From contig MU061578.1 of NCBI GenBank assembly GCA_013265495.1, positions 5,157,034 to 5,177,033 of the forward strand: a stretch of 20,000 bases of DNA, given 5' to 3'. Within the stretch, counting starts at the first letter, position 1. Every line of letters starts with the position of its first letter. A program made the position numbers and the translations under genes. The stretch is from Vicugna vicugna (taxonomy: Eukaryota). Shown here piece after piece: positions 11,074-20,000 of this stretch. A model generated the notes under the pieces. That model made no database searches, was not told the DNA's origin, and saw only the letters and a list, made by a program, of their open reading frames with translations.

Positions 11074-11239
11074 GTGCGGCTTCTTCCTCACCAGGGGTTT
11101 GTGGATGGGTGGGGACGGGGTGGTGAACACTCAAGAGACACAGGTGCCATAGCAGCAAAAGAGGCAGAGTCTGACAGAGATAGAAAACAAGATGGGCTGC
11201 GATCCAGCAACGTGATGTCACAGGAGCCTAGGTGGGCAA

Positions 11240-11310
11240 TGAGACATAACTTCTAGTTAAAAGATGAGAGATCACTCTAGTTAAGTGAGAGATCATTTCT
11301 AGTTAAAAGG
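11240..11310. repeat. Three-copy degenerate tandem repeat (21-25 nt unit)
   Basis: TGAGACATAACTTCTAGTTAAAAGA / TGAGAGATCACTCTAGTTAAG / TGAGAGATCATTTCTAGTTAAAAGG. Confidence 0.85.
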
Positions 11311-11990
11311 TACCTTTGGCTGCGTTCTGAGGCAAAACTGCCAGATCAGCTGAGCTATTAAATGATATAGGGATGGCTGAGAGGAGGTTTTCATGGGGCA
11401 GAGCTGAATCCTGTGAATACAATGGGCCTAAGATTCCAAATCAAGAACAGTCACCTCCTGGTGGCATCATAACACAATTGCAGGCAAAATGCCCAGGAGA
11501 AAGTGCTGTCTCCACAATCGTAAAGTATAACTGGCAAACCAAGTCTGGAGGCTTGGAAAACATCATCTAGAAACCCAAAGCAGACTGGATAAAGTAAGAG
11601 GCAGAACAGCAGTGAGAGCTATATATGCATATGTATATATTTGTGCATAGGGAGAGAGAGAGAAAAAATAAAGAGTTACTGAGAAAGGACAAAATGTAAG
11701 AAAATGAGACTTCAACCAGATTCCAGAAGAATTAAGAGAAATGACACCAGTTTGGGTGTCTGGGAACCCCAGTGACTCTAAAGTTTCAGCCAGCCTCCCC
11801 ACAGTCATTCTGAGGGGCTCCTGTGAGAGCTGGAATTATGAACTGGAGAAGGTCTACAGACCAACCTTAGGGTCTACCATGCCCTGAGCGAGCGGCGGAT
11901 TCCTCAAGTCCCTGTAACATTCAACACTGAGTGGCCAGTGGTTGCCAGGCTGGCTAAAATAGTGCCTGAGATGGGACAGGCCCTGACCCT

Positions 11991-12162
11991 TAGTTCTAAC
12001 CATCTTGCAGGCATGAGAGAGCTCATTAAAGATGCAGAGTTTCAGGCTGCACGTTCATGTTGGGATTCAGTAGGTCCAGAGCAGAGCCTGGAATTTGGGT
12101 TTTCTGCAAGCATCATAGGAGAGCCTGATAGAGTTGATCCATTTAACCTTTGAGAAATGCTG
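11991..12162. mobile_element. MER5-like hAT-Charlie DNA transposon remnant in intron 4
   Basis: ATTAAAGATGCAGAG...GATTCAGTAGGTCCAGAGCAGAGCCTGGAATTTG...CTTTGAGAAATGCTG. Confidence 0.75.
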
Positions 12163-12239
12163 CTGAGGGAATGGAGGCAACTGAGGAGGCCACCAGGGGG
12201 ACAGCCTCCGAAGCTTGACTCTCTCCTTGCTGCTCCCAG

Positions 12240-12397
12240 TGCCCCTGCCCCACCCTCAGACCCTCCAGAAGCTGAAGGTTCCCATCATCGACTCGGGGGT
12301 CTGCAGCCGCCTGTACTGGCGGGGAGCTGGGCAGGGAGCCATCACTGAGGACATGCTGTGTGCCGGCTACCTGGAGGGGGAGCGGGATGCCTGTCTG
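12240..12397 (+). CDS. PRSS22: PRSS22 coding exon 5: S1-pocket Asp
   Basis: Acceptor CTCCCAG. Encodes (V)[52 protein letters not shown]. Donor TG|GTGAGC, phase 0. Confidence 0.97.
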
Positions 12398-12537
12398 GTG
12401 AGCACCCCACCTCCTTCCCAGCCCTGCCCCACCGAACTCCATCACCACTCACTGGGCCTCATCCCAGAATCAGATGTGACATGGCAGTCCCCCCCTTCCC
12501 AGATGCCTCTAGAACCCAGCCTCAGCCTGGCTTCGCC

Positions 12538-12595
12538 TTTCATACACTTGTTCATACATCGAACATACATGAGTACCCCTGCTATGCCAGACCTC
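12538..12595 (-). mobile_element. L2 tail remnant in intron 5
   Basis: TTCATACATCGAACATACATGAGTACCCCTGCTATGCCAGAC resembles an antisense L2 end. Confidence 0.5.
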
Positions 12596-12654
12596 GGGGG
12601 CTCCACGGTCCTGGCCGCCAGAGCCAGCTCCAGCTCCGTCGCTGTGGTGGGGCA

Positions 12655-12790
12655 TGGAGGGACAGTGTAGTGGTCAACACCCGGGCTGGGACACTTCACA
12701 TCTTTCTGAGCCTGGGCTTCCTCATCTGTGAATCATCACGATACTCCCTGCTTCCAGGGCTGTAAGGGACATGGCCTAGCACCTAGTGCT
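12655..12790 (+). mobile_element. MIR remnant in intron 5
   Basis: CAGTGTAGTGGTCAA...CACTTCACATCTTTCTGAGCCTGGGCTTCCTCATCTGTGAA. Confidence 0.65.
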
Positions 12791-12984
12791 TCTCACCAGA
12801 AGTGAGCCTGAGCAGTGTGTCCTTTCCCACCTTCCAGGCCCCGGTGGTGTTAGGATGCCCCAAGGTGGGAGGAAACCCGGCCCCAGCCACCCCCACAAAG
12901 GGAACCGTCTGCCACCCGCTGTGGTGCAGCTCCTGGGCTTTGCTTACCCCTTGCCCCACGCTGGTCCCTAACCTTCCCTCTTCT

Positions 12985-13390
12985 CCGCAGGGCGACTCCG
13001 GGGGCCCCCTGATGTGCCAGGTCGAGGGCACCTGGCTGCTAGCGGGCATCATCAGCTGGGGCGAGGGCTGTGCGGAACGCAACCGACCCGGCGTCTATAT
13101 CAGCCTGGCTGCCCACCGCTCCTGGGTGCAGAGGATCGTGCAAGGGGTGCAGCTCCGCGGGCACTCGCAGGGGAGCGGGCCCGCAGGGCGCCGGGGCCGG
13201 ACTCTGGGATCCCCGCACCGTTCAGGGGCCGCTGGGAGCCGCCGGGCTTAGGGATCTAGGAAGACCCAGCTGTTTCCTCCGTTGTAAATAAGCCGTCTAC
13301 CTCCTGGGGGCGACCGCGTGCCGGCACCGGATCGCCGCGCTGGGAGGCCCCGCCCGGCCCGGGGCTCAGGCCCCACCTCCTGGGCCGGGA
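12985..13390. other. CpG-rich island over PRSS22 last exon and 3' UTR
   Basis: Visibly dense CG dinucleotides (e.g. GGCGACCGCGTGCCGGCACCGGATCGCCGCGC) against a CpG-depleted background. Observed/expected ratio not computed. Confidence 0.7.
12991..13251 (+). CDS. PRSS22: PRSS22 coding exon 6: catalytic Ser and hydrophilic C-terminal tail
   Basis: Acceptor TTCTCCGCAG. Encodes [46 protein letters not shown], with the Ser codon at 12997-12999 and stop TAG at 13249-13251. Spliced CDS totals 975 nt, 324 aa. Confidence 0.97.
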   Translation, partial: GDSGGPLMCQVEGTWLLAGIISWGEGCAERNRPGVYISLAAHRSWVQRIVQGVQLRGHSQGSGPAGRRGRTLGSPHRSGAAGSRRA

Positions 13391-13472
13391 GTGCCTTTGT
13401 GTATATACATGTTAATTATTTTTACAGTTGTTTGTAACCCTGCCCACTTATCTTATTTATTCCTCCAATTTC

Positions 13473-13510
13473 AATAAATTATTTATTCCTCAGTTTTTGT
13501 TTTTCCTTCT
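13473..13510 (+). terminator. PRSS22 polyadenylation signal with downstream U/GU-rich element
   Basis: AATAAA at 13473-13478, about 220 nt after the stop, followed by GTTTTTGTTTTT at about 13493-13504. Confidence 0.85.
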
Positions 13511-15561
13511 CCGGGTAGGGGTCATTGGGAAGCGAAAGTCCAGTTGGGGTTAAAATCGGGGCAAGCAGGGATGAGTCTGATGTTGGTCTGATCAGGGACC
13601 CAGATGTCCTGTCCACCTAGGATTCAACATCTGACCCCTGACCTTGGCACTGCCCTTTCATAGCCCTCTGCCACGTGAACGGCGTCGGGGGCTACACGGC
13701 CAGTCCCACCCTGCAAACTGCCAGTTGGATTTCCAAAACAGGGCAGGCTAGGAGAAACTCACTCTATGACAGTGGGGTGTTCCCCCTCCCTCTTCTTAGA
13801 GCCCAGTCTCTCGGATTTGGGTTGAGGCAGCCCCCAGGCCTCAGCACCCCCAGGAGCTGACTCATAGACTGACTCACGGCTGAGTCTGAATCCTCCCCAG
13901 GGAGGGAGGAGCAAAACAATGAGACAGCAGGTTTGTGCACTGGGCTTGAGTCATCGCACCTGCCCCCACAGAGGTGGGGCTGAGAGCGGCATTCCAGGCC
14001 CAAAGTGGGCCTTTTAGGGGACCCAGCTAATGCTCCCTTTTCCCACCGCCCATTCTTTTGCAGCCAGGCCTCTGGCCTCCTGGACCAGCCTTGTCCTTTC
14101 TCCCAGGGCCCAGGACATCCCACCCCATCTGGGACTCTGTCCCATCCTACCTGGGCTTTCCAGAAACAGCTAAACGTGCAGACAGCTGTACGGTTGGTTT
14201 GCTGAGTATGTGCAAGAAAGATTTATTCTCACACAGAGTCAAGAAGACAAGTAGGTCCAACTCAGCAGAAGGACCGAGAAGGTGAGCAGCTGCCTCAGTG
14301 TCTCTGACAGGAAATAGTCAGTGAAGCGAGCTTCTGAGAAGGCAGCCCGGGCTGTGGTTAGGTTGGGTTTTGGTGTCCTTTATTGGGAGACTGTTCCAAA
14401 ATGTTTAGTCATGTTATTTTGATTATCCCCGTGGTATTACCAGATCACAGTAAATGCCGTGGGGTTGATGTTATTTAAAAACAAACACTGAAAAAAAAAC
14501 AACAACAACCCATTAACCTGGCCTCCCGCTCACCAGAGAATCAGCCTGGAGAGTAAGTAGGCAGGTCAGGTGAGGCCCCTCCCCTTTGTGACCTGGTCCC
14601 TCCTCTCTGGCCTCAGTCCCCACCCCACCCCCATTTGCTGCCCTCCTCCCTCCCTCCCTCAGTTTCCATGTCTGCTCTCCAGGCTCTCCTCCTGTCCCTG
14701 CCCCCTCACTCTTCTGTCTCTGTCCCTGTCTTTCTGGCACCTGGCTCTCTGTGCCTCAGTTTCTCCCATGCCTCTGTCTCTCACCCCCTACCCCATCCGC
14801 CTCCAGTGGCGTCCTCACAGAAGCCCCTGAGAAGGTGACACCTAGAAACATCTGCGGGAAAGAGTCGCCCCGTAAATGCAGGACACTCAGGTGAAAGCGG
14901 ATTTTCTCCTCCTTCAGGGAGCCCCTGAGCGGAGGGCACCTTCACCCCCTCACCCCAGGGGCCCAAGGGACAGGCGGGGCTGTGTGCTGTGGAGCTGGTC
15001 CCTGGCAACAGGATTTCCGATGACCCCCCAATCAGGTGAGGGGTCCGGGAAGTGGAAATGCAGCCCAGCCCCAGCAGATCACACCAGCATCGCAGAGAGC
15101 CCCTTTGCCCGTTGGAGCTGGGCCCAGGAGGGCACCCCAAATCTGGGTGGTGGGGCGGCTGGGGCTCACTGCTTCGGCTCCACCCACACCACTTGCCTCT
15201 GGGGGCCACACACGGAGACCCCTGGGCCTGCCTGGCTGTATCCTCAAGAAAGTCCCAGTGGGCAGGTGCTGGCACACCCATCCTGGGCGCCCAGATGTCT
15301 CCACTCTTATCTGACCTCCCACATGGAACAGCCTTCTTGCTCCCCAGGGGCCCGGGTGGGGCCATTGGTGACAGATGTCTTCACAATGGGAACTGCCTTA
15401 GCCACAGGCTGTGAGGTCTGGCTACTGCTCCTCCACACAGCCCCTCCTCAAATCTTTAGCCCTTGAGAAGACTTCTAGTCCCACGCCAGGGACCTGCCAA
15501 CTCTTCTCCACTCTGCATCTAGAACAAGTGTGTAAATCACATTTAACCCCATGACCTCCCT

Positions 15562-16025
15562 TGGTGGCAGACTCCTTTGATTGGCTAAGTCAAAAACCCA
15601 TTCCAGCACCCCTCCCTTGCTTCCTGCTCCTTGGAGACTGGAAAAGCTAGATATTCCTTCCACTGTCTCCCACAAGATCTCTGTGAAAATAGATGTCTGA
15701 TGGGTGGTTTCTTGGGAAGACTTTGGATCCTTTTCCCCATAAAAGGGACATATTCAGCTGGCATTATCCTTTCTCACGTTCCTCCTCCTTCTAGTCTTGG
15801 ATGCAGATGTAATGACTGAACTTTAGCAGCCATCTTATCACCATGAGGCTGCACATTAACATGCTAAAATGACAGTGAACAAAGCTTCAGAAGCTGCGGA
15901 CGTGAGGACATGGTTGAGAAGCACACCCCCATCCTAGACAGCCACCTCCATCCTTCTCGTGTGCTTTTAAACCCTGTTGGTCGGATCTTCTTTTACTGAA
16001 GCTAAATACATTCATAACCAATATA
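15562..16025 (+). mobile_element. MLT1-type (MaLR) LTR
   Basis: GTGGCAGAC start, GATGTAATGACTGAACTTTAGCAGCCATCTTATCACCATGAGG, and end TTACTGAAGCTAAATACATTCATAACCAATATA. Confidence 0.75.
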
Positions 16026-16083
16026 CCTGCCTCAGACCCTCTGTTTTAGAATAGTTTTAGGTTTATAGAAAAATTTGGCAGAA

Positions 16084-16224
16084 GGGGGAGGTACAGCTTA
16101 GTAGTAGAGTGCCTGCTTAGCATGCCTGAGATCCTGGGTTCAATCCCCAGTACTTCCATTTAAAAAAAATACATGAATAAATAAATAAACCTAATTACCT
16201 ACTCCCCACCCCTGAAAAAGAAAG
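16084..16224 (+). mobile_element. tRNA-derived SINE, camelid Vic-1-like
   Basis: GGGGGAGGTACAGCTTAGTAGTAGAG (A box), GGTTCAATCC (B box, 16137-16146), then AATAAATAAATAAACCTAATTACCT. TTTATAGAAAAATTT is duplicated on both sides. Confidence 0.85.
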
Positions 16225-16589
16225 TTTTATAGAAAAATTTTTTGTTTTTTTTGCAGAACACTTATTTTGTTATTGAAACAGGAGGTGAGATTTCATCAGT
16301 ACAATCAGATCATACTTAAATTGTGGCAGAGAGCCAGTGAGTAAATAACCGGGTGGTGAGGGCAGTGTCTGTCAGACTGTGGGGGCTGTGTTCTTTGGCA
16401 TCACCATTTGACTTTGACCCAGTGGGCCCGTGGATCTGATTTCCTGTCAGTGGCTCCTGAACAATCCTGCACAGGCAAACCAGGACAAGTAACCATGTTC
16501 AGGGACAATTCATATTGAGAAAGGAATAATCACTTTTACAGAACAAGTTCTGTTTTGCTGGTTCTTCCTCATTTTCCCAACCTCTATGT

Positions 16590-16890
16590 GATGGTTGCCC
16601 CAACATCAGTGCTGTGGCTTCTTGCCTCCTCTTTCACCTACTTGTACCCTTTCTCTGGGTGATATCATCTGGTTTCATAGCTTTCTACACCATCCATAGA
16701 GGCAACTCCAGAGTTCTCTCCCACATGTCCACTCAACATCCCCTTGTAATATCCTATAGACAGCTCAACCTTAACAGGACCCAAAATGAAACCCAATATT
16801 CCCCCCCTAAACTTGCTTTCCCAGCAGAACTTCCCGTCTCAACACAAGGCAAGGCAAGAGTCCTTCCTTCCAACTGCTCCATTTCAGAAC
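16590..16890 (+). mobile_element. L2 LINE, 5' part of an element split by L1
   Basis: CTGGGTGATATCATCTGGTTTCATAGCTTT...CTCAACCTTAACAGGACCCAAAATGAAAC...CTTCCCGTCTCA. Confidence 0.75.
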
Positions 16891-16896
16891 CTTGGA

Positions 16897-17560
16897 GAAC
16901 TGACATCACCAAGTGTTGAAGAGGACACAGAGCACCTGGAACGCTCATATGTTGCTGGCAGGAGTGCAAAATGGCACTGCCCTTGTTGGAAAAACCTGCT
17001 GACCATTTCGGGTAACATGTAACATACACACAGCAATCCTACTCCTAAGATTTATCCAAGAGAAGAGAACGTAGTCATACAAAATCTGTATGCAAATATT
17101 TATAACAGCTTTATTCAGAATTGGAAAAACTGGAAACAACCCAAATGGTCTTTACCTGGTGAACGGAAAAGCAAACTGTGGCAATCCATTCAATAGAATT
17201 CTACTCAGCAACAGAAAGGAGCAAACTCCACACTACGGGGTGAATCTCAAGCACATGATGCTGAGGGGAGGAAGCCAAACCCCAAGAGGGTCCATACCAT
17301 GACTCTATTTATATGATGCTGTGGAAAAGGCAAAGCTGTGGGGACAGAGAACAGATCGGTGGTTGCCAGGGGCTAGGATGGGGGAAGGATTGCCCACAAA
17401 GGGGCTTGGGGGGGTGGTTTCAATAGTGATGGAACTAGCTTTGTATCTTCACTGCAGTGGTGGTTACATGACTGGATGTATTTATCAAAACTCATAGGAC
17501 TATACATTAAAAATGGTGAATTTCACAGTGTGTAACTCTACCTCCATAAAACTGACTGAG
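16897..17560 (+). mobile_element. L1 (L1MB/ME-like) ORF2 end and 3' UTR
   Basis: CCAAGTGTTG...CAGCAATCCTACTCCTAAGATTTATCCAAGAGAA...AAACTGGAAACAACCCAAATG...AGATCGGTGGTTGCCAGGGGCT. Confidence 0.9.
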
Positions 17561-17584
17561 TTTTTAAAAAACCCAACAACACAG

Positions 17585-18392
17585 AAGTGTGGAGTCTTCT
17601 TTGACACCTCTCTTTCTTTCATTCTGTAAATTCAAGCCATCAGCAAATCCTGTGGGTTCTATTCTATCTTCAAAATAGACTTTGTCCTGAGCCACTCTCT
17701 TCTTTATTCCAGATTTCTGTAATGGCCTCCTCATTGGTCCCCCTGCTTCTGCTGTTGTGCCCATCAGTCTGTTGTCAGCACAGTAGCCAGAGGGGTGGTC
17801 TTAAAACCTAAGTCAGATCCTATCAAACTCTGTGATGGCTCCCTCCTTTACTCAGAGTAAATGACATCATTTTTCCCGCCACCCACCTCACCTCTCTCCT
17901 CTCCATTCACCCTGCTCCAGCCTCGCTGGCTTCCCAACTGTATTTAGGAACACAACAGGCATGCCCCTGCCTCAGAGCATTTGCACTTACAGCTCTCCCT
18001 CTTCCTCCACATAACTGCACGACCCTCTCCCTCACTGCTTATAAATCTTTGCTCAGATATCACCATATCCCCATCCTCTTTACAACAGCAAAGTCCCCCC
18101 CCCTCCACTCTTGCTTCATTCCTTATTTTCTCTTTTTCCAGGACATTTGTGACTTTGTAACATACTACATATTTGACTTGTCCGTGGTTTATTGCCCCTC
18201 CCATACACACAACGAGAAGGTAAGCCTCTGTCCCTGCATTTGCTATGTTCTGTTATTACTGTCTGTTAAGTTGATTATCTTTCCCAGGAAGTATTCTGAA
18301 CATATTAAAGGTGAGACCTTTTATCTTACCCATCTTGATATGGTCAGTGTCCAGAAAAAGGGCCTGGCAAACTAGCCAATGTTAGTAAATAT
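17585..18392 (+). mobile_element. L2 LINE, 3' part
   Basis: GGAGTCTTCTTTGACACCTCTC...CCATCAGCAAATCCTGT...CCTGCCTCAGAGCATTTGCACTT...TTTGCTCAGATATCACC. Confidence 0.85.
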
Positions 18393-19520
18393 CTCAGGAG
18401 TTAATGGTAATGAGTGTGATCTGTGTCATTAGTTTGGTGAACAATGTGGACACATTTCTTTTGTTTTTCTCATTATTTGCTCAAGCACGTCCTCTTGAGA
18501 TTACCTGTTCTGTCCACACCTTATCCAAGAATCCTAGAGGTTGATTCGGTCCACAGGGACCAACACTGTGAGAACCGTTAAGGCCCATTGTTCTTACAGT
18601 TCAGTTCCTCTGCTTGGGTCAAGGGCAAGTGGTGATGCCCCTGAACACGGCCCCCATGGTCTCACAGACACCACCCTCCCCACATGCCTGGGTTATGCTC
18701 TTACTCACTAGCTCACTGCCAGCCTGCCTGGTGTAAACATGTGAGATGTAAGGTGGTGGGTCTTCAAGGTCACACCTACCTAGTCACCATTACCTTGAGA
18801 GGAGTGCCTGAGTGGCTGTGTTCAAAGGAGATGCTGGCCTCGAACCCTTAGCATACTTGTGTTGATGCAGGATATTCAGGGAAATTATTGCCTTGGAGTC
18901 TTTGGAGTTAATTTCTGCTAATGGACCCGGTTGGGACTGTCCCAATACATCACAAACTCTAATAATATCAGACTCACTAAATTCAATGTTCCTTAGCCTA
19001 CTCCACAAATAACAAGTGAAAGCTTTTTTTGGGTGGCATCATCATGAACTCAAGGATTTATAGTGTCTGTGAGCTGTCATGTCCTCTGGGAAGAAGGGCG
19101 TCAGGGGGTTGGCTGGTCCTTATAGAGAAATCAATTTCCCTGGGTGGGATGGGGAGAAGAGAGTTGGCCATCCCTTAGCAGTGAGTGGATACCCCAGGTC
19201 TCCCAGACACAGTGGGTGACTGGCCGCCTGCAGGATGACAAGCCTTCCATGTGTCAATTAGGGGTGGCCTGACCAGATCCACTGACCACTGGCCTCTAGG
19301 AGGGACTGGCCTCAGATGGGCCATGCCACCCCTGGCCTCCTCTAAGCCATCTCCCTGGAAGTTGCAGGACAGGAGCCTGAGAAGAATGCATCTGAGAAGC
19401 AGGCTGGATCCTGACCAGCGAGGGCTCCAGGTGACTGCCATCAGTTAGGGACCTGACGATCTCTCCCTGGGGTATCATCCAAGACGCTGACCCTGAGTGG
19501 TGTCTGCAGGTGGAGGAGCC

Positions 19521-20000
19521 ATGGGGTCTGGGCAGGCCTCCTGTCATCCTCCGAGGATCTTGCTGGATGGCTGGGACAGGGCCAGGGTCAGCGGTCCAGC
19601 CCTGGGTGGCCAGCAAGCCTTCTAGGGAGGCTGGAGGAGAATCAAGGAGGAATCCTAGAAGCCTCTTCAATCTGAGATGGCTTCTCCAGCCAGAAAAGAA
19701 AATTGAGATTCACACTGATCTTGCATCCTGGTCTAAAAGAGGGAGGGGAGTGACTGTATGACCAAAGAGTGACCCTGCCTCCCTGTTCTGTCTTATTCTA
19801 GGGCCCCCAGAGATGAGCTGCCTCCAGGTCAGGACCAGCCCTGGACATCCCAGCAAAGGGTCTATGTGCCTAGGAGTGAGAGTGAGAGGAGGGGACACAT
19901 CTTTTGGCGAGGCTGGGCCCCATTTCCACCTGCAGTCCCTCCACACTGTGCAGCCGCTTCAGGGATGCCAGGAAGATTGTGGGGACCAAGGTGCCCAGGA
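19521..20000 (+). pseudogene. PRSS30-like serine protease pseudogene, exons 1-3, truncated by the window end
   Basis: GCCATGG at 19518-19524. Micro-exon 19802-19827 reads APRDELPP. Segment 19947-20000 reads (V)CSRFRDARKIVG-[1 nt missing]-QGAQ(E/D), compared with mouse Prss30 ARGDILPSVCGHSRDAGKIVGGQDA (recalled). The exon 3 acceptor reads AC instead of AG. Position downstream of PRSS22 on the same strand fits known synteny. Confidence 0.75.

Noticed and set aside
10547..11221. 224-aa minus-strand ORF
   Set aside because: Antisense shadow of PRSS22 exon 4 in GC-rich DNA, with no recognisable domain.
11621..11660. Near-palindrome ATATATGCATATGTATATAT and short GA run
   Set aside because: Low-complexity (AT)n-derived sequence that is trivially self-complementary.
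14781..15466. Overlapping 194-aa and 196-aa ORFs on opposite strands
   Set aside because: Pro/Gly/Ala-rich composition expected from high GC, with no motif or convincing exon structure.
16084..16160. Possible tRNA gene
   Set aside because: A and B boxes are present but followed by a SINE body, A-rich tail and target-site duplication, so it is a tRNA-derived SINE.
18790..19008. 72-aa minus-strand ORF ending at a donor-like AG|GTAATG
   Set aside because: No homologue I can recognise, weak acceptor and no partner exons; would need BLASTX or RNA-seq.
19934..19946. Nearby CAG at 19933-19935 as a rescue acceptor for the PRSS30-like exon 3
   Set aside because: It adds 11 nt and does not restore the CSRFRDARKIVG frame, and the downstream frameshift remains.
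1..20000. Prokaryotic-type systems (CRISPR arrays, operons, defence loci)
   Set aside because: The sequence is mammalian, with spliceosomal introns and mammalian repeats; no repeat-spacer array was seen.

Overview
Mammalian genomic DNA, probably camelid: it carries a tRNA-derived SINE that I recognise as Vic-1-like. The window holds one complete, intact six-exon serine protease gene on the + strand, PRSS22 (tryptase epsilon/BSSP-4). Its CDS is 9194-9272, 9936-9962, 10371-10542, 10796-11073, 12240-12397 and 12991-13251 (975 nt, 324 aa), with all introns GT-AG and the His/Asp/Ser triad intact. At the far 3' end (about 19521-20000) are the degenerate first three exons of a second protease resembling PRSS30. 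These carry frameshifts and a destroyed splice acceptor, are missed by the ORF track, and suggest a pseudogene lost independently of human PRSS30P. The rest is old interspersed repeats (ERVL/MaLR LTRs, L1, L2, MIR, MER5) and two motif clusters that look like AP-1 enhancers. Most listed ORFs are chance open frames in GC-rich DNA. I see no evidence of a wholly new biological system. Repeat names and comparisons to human and mouse proteins are from memory, not from database searches.
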